A stretch of 64,000 nt of DNA from contig JBDNIV010000025.1 in NCBI GenBank assembly GCA_041688145.1, positions 4,047-68,046 of the forward strand, read 5' to 3'. This stretch comes from Chlamydiia bacterium (GTDB taxonomy: Bacteria > Chlamydiota > Chlamydiia > Chlamydiales > JAAKFQ01). The notes under the pieces are model-generated. The model searched no databases. It was not told the DNA's origin and was given only the letters and a program-made list of their open reading frames with translations. Every line of letters starts with the position of its first letter. Position 1 is the stretch's first letter. Positions 57,684 to 64,000 of this stretch are shown here, one piece after another. The position numbers and the translations under genes are program-made.

Positions 57684-58984
57684 GGCTTTTTATGAGGGGG
57701 TAGAGCGTGCTCGTTTAAAAACTCGGAAACTTGATCTAGCGCAAGTGGAGTCTCTTTTCGACTTTCAAGGTGCTTAAGAATTAGCTTGCCACTATCAAGT
57801 TCATCTTCTCCTAAAACAACGAAGTACAGTGAATCTAACTTAAGGGCATTTTGTACAGCAACAGTAGGATTTTTACTTGAAAGGTCTAGAGAAACGCTAA
57901 TACCTGATTCTCTCAATTGTGCCGTCATTTTAAAGGCATGTTTTCTCGCTTTTTCTCCAATAGGAAATAGGCTTAAAATAAGAGGTGCGTGTGTGCCAAA
58001 AGAAACATTTTGAGCAATCATAGTCTGGATAACGCGTTCAAGGCCTGTAGCAAATCCAACAGCTGGGACTTCAGGCCCCCCAAGCTCTTTTACAAGGTGG
58101 TCATAGCGACCGCCTCCTCCAATAGAGTTTTGGGCTCCAAGAGATGAGCTTGTGACTTCAAAAACAGTATGGGTATAATAATCGAGGCCACGGACAAGGT
58201 TTGGGCATAAAGTATAGGAGATATCGAGCGTATCTAAAAGGGATAAAACGCATTCAAAGTGCTTTTTGCTATCCTCACTAAGAGAGTCAGCAAGCTTAGG
58301 AGCAGATTCTAAAAGTTTTTTCTCTTCAGGATTTTTCGTATCGAGTATTCGTAAAGGATTAGTCTCTAAGCGCTTTTTGCTGTCTTCGCCAAGAGTATTT
58401 TTATGTTTTTCTAAAAAAGCTTTTAAACTTGCAGTGTAATTTTTTTGACAAGTTCGAGTGCCTAGAGAGTTAAGATTCAAAGTAAGGTCTTTTAGACCAC
58501 AGCGTTTATAGAATTCTAACATCAGGTGGATGGCTTCAACATCGACTTCAGCGCTACTTGAGCCAAAAAGTTCAATGCCTAGCTGCTGGTGTTGCCTATA
58601 GCGCCCTGACTGGGGACGTTCATAGCGGAACATAGGACCAATATAAAAAAGGCGTTTGAAAGGAGTTTCATAGAGGCGTTTGTCAATAAAAGCGCGCACA
58701 GCGGAAGCTGTGCCTTCAGGCCTAAGTGCCATAAGTCTTTTTGCGCGGTCTTCAAAAGTGTACATCTCTTTAGACACAATATCACTGGTCTCTCCTACAG
58801 AGCGTAAGTAGAGTTCTACATTTTCAAAAATAGGCGTTGATAAGAAAGAGCAGCCAAAAATGGCAGCGAGGTCTCGAGCAATAGATTCTACAAAAGCCCA
58901 CTTTTTGCTGTCGCGCCAAGCGAATTCTTCAGATTGAGGACTCGGAGTAGCATCATAGGTGCCTTTAGGAGGGGCGTGATTCAT
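57680..58984 (-). CDS. hisS: histidine--tRNA ligase
   Basis: PKGTYD, LRPEGTA...R, FRYERPQ.GR.R.H.Q, GGGRYD, GFA.G.ER. Overlaps the aspS start by 4 nt. Confidence 0.95.
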   Translation of the reverse strand: MNHAPPKGTYDATPSPQSEEFAWRDSKKWAFVESIARDLAAIFGCSFLSTPIFENVELYLRSVGETSDIVSKEMYTFEDRAKRLMALRPEGTASAVRAFIDKRLYETPFKRLFYIGPMFRYERPQSGRYRQHQQLGIELFGSSSAEVDVEAIHLMLEFYKRCGLKDLTLNLNSLGTRTCQKNYTASLKAFLEKHKNTLGEDSKKRLETNPLRILDTKNPEEKKLLESAPKLADSLSEDSKKHFECVLSLLDTLDISYTLCPNLVRGLDYYTHTVFEVTSSSLGAQNSIGGGGRYDHLVKELGGPEVPAVGFATGLERVIQTMIAQNVSFGTHAPLILSLFPIGEKARKHAFKMTAQLRESGISVSLDLSSKNPTVAVQNALKLDSLYFVVLGEDELDSGKLILKHLESRKETPLALDQVSEFLNEHALPPHKKP

Positions 58985-59155
58985 AAATAGTATTAAAGAT
59001 TTGCCACAAGGGGAGTTTACTCCAGTCTACTATGAGGCGTGCAAAAAAGCAAAGGCTATAGATTAGAAAGTTGTTTGGTTTTTTATTCAATTGATGAGGG
59101 ATAAGATAAGGTTTTTGAATCCTTGTGAGAAGGTGCTTTAGCAATAAAGTGAGAT

Positions 59156-59193
59156 TATAAAAACAACCAGCAGGATTGGGCCTACTGGTTGTT
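59156..59193 (-). terminator. rho-independent terminator candidate for the repeat-protein gene
   Basis: Arms 59162-59174 and 59181-59193 (AACAACCAGCAGG / CCTACTGGTTGTT, one mismatch). Followed on the minus strand by TTTTAT. Confidence 0.5.
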
Positions 59194-59253
59194 TTATATT
59201 TACTTTAAATTTCAAAGCATCAATTGAAATTGCTAGTTTTTTTTAAGAGTATT

Positions 59254-59943
59254 TTATTCCGAAAAACGCTTTTTAATATCAGCTTTAACGTCTTTGAAAT
59301 CTTTACTAGCTTGATCAATAGCTGACTTATATTTTTTTTCAGCGTTGTCCTTAGCTTCTTGCAAAGAAGCTTTATGCTTATCAAAAAAGTCTGCAAAATT
59401 ATTTTTGTGTTTTCCAAACGCTTCTTTCGCGTTGCCAACAGCTGAGTTGTACTTTTCTTCTGCATCGCTTAGAGCAGATTTATAAGTATTTTTAGCATCA
59501 GACTGAGCTTGCTTTAAATTTTTAGAGGCGTTTTCAGCAGAGCTATCACCTTTGTCTTTAGCTTTCTCATAAGATGCTTTAGCTTTGTCTTGAGCTGATT
59601 GATACTCTTTATCAGCTTTGCTAATAGCATCTTTATACGTTGATTTAGCGCTAGAGAGAGCGTCTTGCAGTTTATTTTGAGCTTGACTCACAGTTTGCTG
59701 CCAATTGCTTTTGGCTTTTTCATAAGACTCTTTAGCTTTGTTCTTAACTGAGTCTGTTGCCCCAGTCATTTTTTTCCAGGTGTGCTTAATAAGGCCACCA
59801 TCTTCTTCTGAATTACAGCTTCTTCCAGATGCAATATAATTTTCGTAATGTGAAGATGGTCTAGATCCATCACCTGAGTTATCATATGCTGAGTTTTCAT
59901 ATACTGATACCATTCCGTCTGTATACATAATTGGTCCAACCAT
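59254..59943 (-). CDS. hypothetical protein with 11-residue amphipathic repeats (apolipoprotein/LEA-3-like architecture)
   Basis: Low-complexity N-terminal third, then about 14 units of period 11, e.g. SSAKSTYKDAI / SKADKEYQSAQ / DKAKASYEKAK. AGGAGG lies 5 nt upstream of the ATG. Strong promoter and terminator candidates. Confidence 0.7.
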   Translation of the reverse strand: MVGPIMYTDGMVSVYENSAYDNSGDGSRPSSHYENYIASGRSCNSEEDGGLIKHTWKKMTGATDSVKNKAKESYEKAKSNWQQTVSQAQNKLQDALSSAKSTYKDAISKADKEYQSAQDKAKASYEKAKDKGDSSAENASKNLKQAQSDAKNTYKSALSDAEEKYNSAVGNAKEAFGKHKNNFADFFDKHKASLQEAKDNAEKKYKSAIDQASKDFKDVKADIKKRFSE

Positions 59944-59974
59944 AAAATCCTCCTAAAAAGTGTTTTCCAAACTG

Positions 59975-59995
59975 GTAATTTCTTGAAGAAATTAC
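59975..59995. promoter_or_regulatory. perfect 10+10 bp palindrome just downstream of the predicted -10 (operator or 5' mRNA hairpin)
   Basis: GTAATTTCTT-g-AAGAAATTAC. It lies between the TATAAT box and the AGGAGG SD of the 59943 gene. Confidence 0.5.
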
Positions 59996-60002
59996 AGTTG
60001 CG

Positions 60003-60031
60003 ATTATAGGGTATAAATAATTTTATTGCAA
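60003..60031 (-). promoter_or_regulatory. near-consensus sigma-70-type promoter of the 11-mer-repeat gene
   Basis: Minus strand: TTGCAA (60031-60026), 17-nt spacer, TATAAT (60008-60003). Confidence 0.55.
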
Positions 60032-60164
60032 CCTACTTTTAATAGGGCAATCCCTAAAAGGCATGATAGCTTTGATTTAGAGAAACTTTCTTTAAATGAT
60101 GCGTGTAGTTCGCTAGATTTCTGCAGAATAAAAAAAGCTTTTTTAATTGGGAGCAATTGAAGAG

Positions 60165-60806
60165 CTAACTTTTTTTTTCTTCGATTAAATTGATGAGAGG
60201 GCGTGTAAATCTTTTTAACACTGTTTTAGGAAATAGGCTTTTCTCTATTTTTTCTTCAAAAAAGAGGGTAAGAGCCAATGTGTCTTCAGAGCAAAATAGA
60301 GGCTTTATTTTAGAGGCAGCTATAAGAATTTCTTCTGTGACGTTGTCAAGTTTAGGATCTAATTCTGTGCGCAAATCTTGGGCACTTGCAAAATGTCCTC
60401 GCCGCTCTTCTCTCCATTCGGCAATATCGAGTCTTTGCAGCTCGCAAGAAGCCCTTAGTACATTTTTTAAAAATCTGAGGGTCCATTCTTGAGGTAAGTT
60501 AAAAGAAGAAGACTTTACGCTCAATGAGTGTAAAATCGATGCTTCTCTGCTGCGATCTCGGATATAGGCACCATTGTTCCATTTCCACTTAGCGACGTTA
60601 TGGATAATTTCTAGGCGCTTTTCGGCAAGGTTAAAGAAATGCTCAGCAGCAAGCGTTTGTTCAGGGGCCAGCCGAGGTGTAGGATTAAGCGGGAGGTTGG
60701 ATTGAGGAGGTGAGGAGTCAATAACCTCAATAGAGCTGTCTCCAAAGACGCAAAAAGGTGTGGTTAATATTAGAAGCAAATAAATCAAATAGTACATGCT
60801 GCCCAT
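60165..60806 (-). CDS. putative secreted chorismate mutase (AroQ gamma-like)
   Basis: Signal peptide MGSMYYLIYLLLILTTPFCVFG. LAEKRLEIIHNVAKWKWNNGAYIRDRSREASIL, with later R/E-rich helices, parallels my memory of the secreted M. tuberculosis enzyme (AAERLEVADPVAAFKW...IEDSGRVEQQL). Confidence 0.5.
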   Translation of the reverse strand: MGSMYYLIYLLLILTTPFCVFGDSSIEVIDSSPPQSNLPLNPTPRLAPEQTLAAEHFFNLAEKRLEIIHNVAKWKWNNGAYIRDRSREASILHSLSVKSSSFNLPQEWTLRFLKNVLRASCELQRLDIAEWREERRGHFASAQDLRTELDPKLDNVTEEILIAASKIKPLFCSEDTLALTLFFEEKIEKSLFPKTVLKRFTRPLINLIEEKKS

Positions 60807-60830
60807 TTTAAGAGGTGGGCAAAAAAAAAT

Positions 60831-61478
60831 CTATCCTTGTGGAGACTTTTGAGAACTATTTAAAATTAGCTCGATTTGATCAAGCCAATTGCCAAGCAGT
60901 GAAGCCCGTCTTCTTTCAACATATTCTTCATGGAGCTTTCTTAAAATAGTCATGAAAGGAAAAGGTACCCAGTCAACCCCTGCGTGCTCTTTCAAATAGT
61001 GCACAAGAGAGTATTGTTGGCCTTCTTTGCAGTTGTTGATGCTAAAGAGAAAGGTAAAAAGAGGTTCTGAAATCTCTGGACCTATGCCTCCAGATTTATG
61101 TTTAAGAGGCTCCGAAGCATGTTCGAACTTTTCCCAAGCGTGGGAAAGCTTATTTAAAAACGAAACGTCCATGCTGACGTCTTCATCAGAAAGGTTTTGG
61201 AAAAGCTGCTTGAGGTCTTCAAAAGCTTCTTGGAGAGCTAAAACAACCATAGAAGAGTCAGCTTGTTTTAGAAGTTTTTGCCATTTCTCTGTAAGAGTTT
61301 CTCGGAAAAGAACAATAAATGCTGTACTGAAAACAAAAGTGCGATCTTCTGCACGCTGTTTGCTTAAAGGGTCATTTGGGTTCTCTCCGTTGTGATTTTC
61401 TTCTCTTTGCTGAGATTGTTGGATCTGTTTTTGATACTCTCTCCAACCCTCACCCTGATTAAAATTCATTGAAGACAT
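60831..61478 (-). CDS. hypothetical protein
   Basis: 215-codon ORF, 24 nt upstream of the chorismate-mutase-like gene on the same strand. Q/E-rich N-terminus. No family recognised. Confidence 0.55.
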   Translation of the reverse strand: MSSMNFNQGEGWREYQKQIQQSQQREENHNGENPNDPLSKQRAEDRTFVFSTAFIVLFRETLTEKWQKLLKQADSSMVVLALQEAFEDLKQLFQNLSDEDVSMDVSFLNKLSHAWEKFEHASEPLKHKSGGIGPEISEPLFTFLFSINNCKEGQQYSLVHYLKEHAGVDWVPFPFMTILRKLHEEYVERRRASLLGNWLDQIELILNSSQKSPQG

Positions 61479-61696
61479 AAAACGCCTTTAGCTGTTAAGA
61501 AGTAGGCTTTCAATTTCTAGTTAACTTAAACTGATCATATTTGCAATGATATGTGTAGTGTGGCGAATTTATCTTCACTAAGGATCTTGCAAGTGTGTGA
61601 GTTTGAAAAGTCCTTGATTTGCGAATTAAGTGTCAAATTGGTTAAAACGTAGCCTTTGATATTTAAAGACCCTATAAATTGGAGTGTGAGTCAGGT

Positions 61697-63028
61697 ATGG
61701 GCCTATTCAGTATTTTCTCTTTGCCCAAAGATCAGCCTATTATCAAAGATAAAAAGGTCATCAAGCGCGAATATCTCTATTGGCGTCTGCGTGTTTTTAT
61801 GGGGATGTATGTAGGCTACGCCTTGTACTACTTTACGCGCAAAAGTTTTTCATTTCTTGTTCCTGCGCTTAAAGCAGATTTAGGCTTTACCACATCTCAA
61901 ATGGGGCTTGTGGCGAGCGTATTGCCCGTTGTCTATGGGATTTCTAAGTTTGTGTCTGGAGTGCTTGGAGATAGGTTAAACCCACGCGCCATTATGGGAG
62001 TAGGGCTTCTACTTACGGGAGTTTTTAACCTGCTATTTGGCATGTCTTCTTCGATTGCAGTTTTTATGGTGTTTTGGGGGCTTAATGGCTGGTTCCAGGG
62101 TTTTGGGTGGCCTCCTTGCGCACGTCTTCTTACCCATTGGTATTCGCAGTCTGAAAGGGGACGTTGGTGGAGCCTTTGGAATACGTCACATAATGTAGGT
62201 GGAGCCATTATCCCTTTTTTAGTGGGGATTGTAGCTCAGTACTACGGTTGGCGTATGGCTATGTTTGTGCCGGGGGCTATTTGCATTTTAGGTGGCCTAT
62301 TTTTAATGAAGTGCCTTACAGACACTCCTAAATCTCATGGGCTTCCCTCTATTGAAGAATACCGCAAAGATCTGCCTCCCGATCAAGCTAAAGAGGCTGA
62401 AAAAAAGCTCACAACTAAAGAAATTTTAGTTCAATATGTTCTTACAAACGGCTATGTATGGCTGCTTGCTATCTCTTCTTTTTTCGTTTACGTAATTCGT
62501 CAGTCAGTAAACGATTGGTCTAATCTATTTTTAGTGGAATCTAGGCACTACACACTCGCTATTGCAAATACCTGTTTAGTTTGGTTTGAGGTCGGCGGCT
62601 TTTTTGGGAGCTTATCTGCAGGTTGGCTTTCAGATACTGTTTTTGGTAGCCGAAGAGGGCCTATCAATGTGCTCTTTAGTTTAGGTGCTATTTTGGGGGT
62701 TATGGGTTTTTATTTTGTGCCTGCAGGATGGGTTCCCTTAGATTGCTTTATGGTCTTTTTCATTGGATTTGCTATTTTTGGCCCTCAAATGATGATTGGT
62801 ATGGCAGCAGCAGAGCTTTCTCATAAAAACGCAGCCGCAACTGCGACTGGTTTTACAGGGTGGATATCTTATTTAGGTGCTGCTTTTGCAGGTTGGCCTA
62901 TGACTAAGATTGCAGAGGTTTATGGCTGGCAAGGATTTTTTACAGCTTTAGGTGTTTGTGGTGGTGTCGCTGTAATCTTGCTATTGCCTTTGTGGTCTGT
63001 TAAGATCAATACTAAGTTTACAGATTGA
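61697..63028 (+). CDS. uhpC: MFS organophosphate:phosphate antiporter (hexose-phosphate transporter UhpC type)
   Basis: YWRLRVFMGMYVGYALYYFTRKSF....P.L..DLGF...Q.G......V.YGISKF.SG.LGDR.NPR is the GlpT/UhpC/UhpT signature. Start placed at ATG 61697. Confidence 0.85.
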   Translation: MGLFSIFSLPKDQPIIKDKKVIKREYLYWRLRVFMGMYVGYALYYFTRKSFSFLVPALKADLGFTTSQMGLVASVLPVVYGISKFVSGVLGDRLNPRAIMGVGLLLTGVFNLLFGMSSSIAVFMVFWGLNGWFQGFGWPPCARLLTHWYSQSERGRWWSLWNTSHNVGGAIIPFLVGIVAQYYGWRMAMFVPGAICILGGLFLMKCLTDTPKSHGLPSIEEYRKDLPPDQAKEAEKKLTTKEILVQYVLTNGYVWLLAISSFFVYVIRQSVNDWSNLFLVESRHYTLAIANTCLVWFEVGGFFGSLSAGWLSDTVFGSRRGPINVLFSLGAILGVMGFYFVPAGWVPLDCFMVFFIGFAIFGPQMMIGMAAAELSHKNAAATATGFTGWISYLGAAFAGWPMTKIAEVYGWQGFFTALGVCGGVAVILLLPLWSVKINTKFTD

Positions 63029-63046
63029 TCTTGAAGACCTTTTTCC

Positions 63047-64000
63047 ATGTTTACGCCCCTTTGCGTTGAGACGCAGTACTCTATATTAAGTAGCCTAATT
63101 TCCATTGAGAAGCTTGTAGCTCAGGCTCAGGCTTATGGGCTCAAATCTTTAGCGATTACAGATACAGGCAATATGTTCGGAGCGGTAGAGTTTTATAAAA
63201 CCTGCATCGCTGCAGGCATAAAGCCCATTATTGGTATGCAGGCTTATTTAGCTCCAGGGTCGCGTCATGAGAAAAAAAGGATAGCTAATGTTCCTGCTGC
63301 GCTTCCTATTACTCTTCTAGTAAAAAATGCTACAGGCTATAAAAATTTATGTATTTTGTCTTCCAAGGGACATTTAGAGGGGTTTTATTACCGCCCGCGC
63401 ATAGACAAAGAGCTTTTAGAAGAGCATAAATCAGGGTTGATTTGTCTTTCAGGAAGAATGGGATCTTCTATTGCACATACGGCATTAAATGGGTCTGAAG
63501 AGGAGTTTTTTGAGCAGGTTGATTTTTTCAAAAAGATGTTTGGGGAAGATTTTTATTTGCAGATTGAAAGGCACCCTCTGGACTTAGAAGAGGTGCGATC
63601 GACCAGCGTAAATAAAGAGCCGTGGCTTGTTCGTGCATTTGAAGATTTTGCGGATCGAGAAAAAAATCTAGAAGAAAAATTACGAAAAGCACATGAACAA
63701 TGTGGCGTCTCTCTTTGCGCAACACAGTTGCCTAAATATCTAGATAAAGATGACTGGAAGCATCACGAAATTTTTATCAACATACAGTCCAAAGAGCCGT
63801 GTCAGATCATAGAGAGAGACTCTTTAGGAAAAGAGCTTGGCGCGGCCCCAAATCCTAAGCGTGAGGTGATGACAACGCATGAGCTTAGGTTTAAATCTTC
63901 AGATGAGATGAAAGTGCTTTTTGCTGATATTCCTGAAGCCGTTGAAAATACTCAAAAAATAGCTGATCAGTGTGACTTTCACTTTGACTTTAACCAGAGC
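63047..64000 (+). CDS. dnaE: DNA polymerase III alpha subunit, N-terminal PHP domain (3' end outside window)
   Basis: My own translation from ATG 63047 is open to the window end. It reads MFTPLCVETQYSILSSLISIEKLVAQAQAYGLKSLAITDTGNMFGAVEFYKTCIAAGIKPIIGMQAYL... Missing from the ORF track because there is no stop in the window. Confidence 0.9.
   Translation, partial: MFTPLCVETQYSILSSLISIEKLVAQAQAYGLKSLAITDTGNMFGAVEFYKTCIAAGIKPIIGMQAYLAPGSRHEKKRIANVPAALPITLLVKNATGYKNLCILSSKGHLEGFYYRPRIDKELLEEHKSGLICLSGRMGSSIAHTALNGSEEEFFEQVDFFKKMFGEDFYLQIERHPLDLEEVRSTSVNKEPWLVRAFEDFADREKNLEEKLRKAHEQCGVSLCATQLPKYLDKDDWKHHEIFINIQSKEPCQIIERDSLGKELGAAPNPKREVMTTHELRFKSSDEMKVLFADIPEAVENTQKIADQCDFHFDFNQS

Noticed and set aside
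61027-61395. 122-codon plus-strand ORF
   Set aside because: Antisense to the 215-codon hypothetical gene. The minus-strand frame is longer and sits in operon-like spacing with the next gene. Neither frame has homology I can recognise, so this choice carries only moderate confidence.
1-64000. Search for tRNA, rRNA, CRISPR repeats, IS/transposase, integrase or phage genes
   Set aside because: I scanned all intergenic gaps over 60 bp by eye and saw no T-arm (GGTTCGAATCC) or acceptor-like signatures, no regular direct repeats and no transposase-like ORFs. A tRNAscan, Infernal or ISfinder run would be needed to be certain.

Overview
This window reads as core chromosome of a member of the phylum Chlamydiae, probably an environmental or amoeba-associated lineage with a larger genome than Chlamydiaceae. 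It is gene-dense, with about 55 protein genes on both strands. I found no rRNA, tRNA, CRISPR array, transposase or phage genes by eye. Chlamydial hallmarks include an EUO-type regulator, topoisomerase I with a C-terminal SWIB domain, and a giant fused SecDF. Also present are a TLC-type ATP/ADP translocase plus a second divergent TLC-like carrier, UhpC, Mip, and a gspD-E-F-G type II secretion cluster. Three blocks match gene orders I recall from C. trachomatis, which I could not check here: tsp/gltX/euo/recJ/secDF/uppS/cdsA/cmk/plsC/argS/murA, trxA/spoU/mip/aspS/hisS/uhpC/dnaE, and the gsp genes. Extra genes sit between conserved neighbours. I do not see convincing evidence for a novel multi-gene system such as a defence island or mobile element. 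The items most worth a second look are these: (1) a three-gene insertion between hisS and uhpC, with an 11-residue-repeat amphipathic protein behind a near-consensus promoter and perfect palindrome, a secreted AroQ-gamma-like chorismate mutase and an unknown protein; (2) the gsp cluster, with a translationally coupled anchor protein upstream of gspD and an opposite-strand ORF splitting gspF from the pseudopilins; that ORF has an in-frame TGA followed by a hydrophobic tail; (3) a Cmk-PlsC fusion coupled to cdsA; (4) a secreted protein with about 30 YwqK/MORN-variant repeats; (5) a LysR regulator divergent from the second TLC-like carrier. Coordinates follow the ORF track convention and include the stop codon. 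Several starts were moved to better-supported internal start codons.
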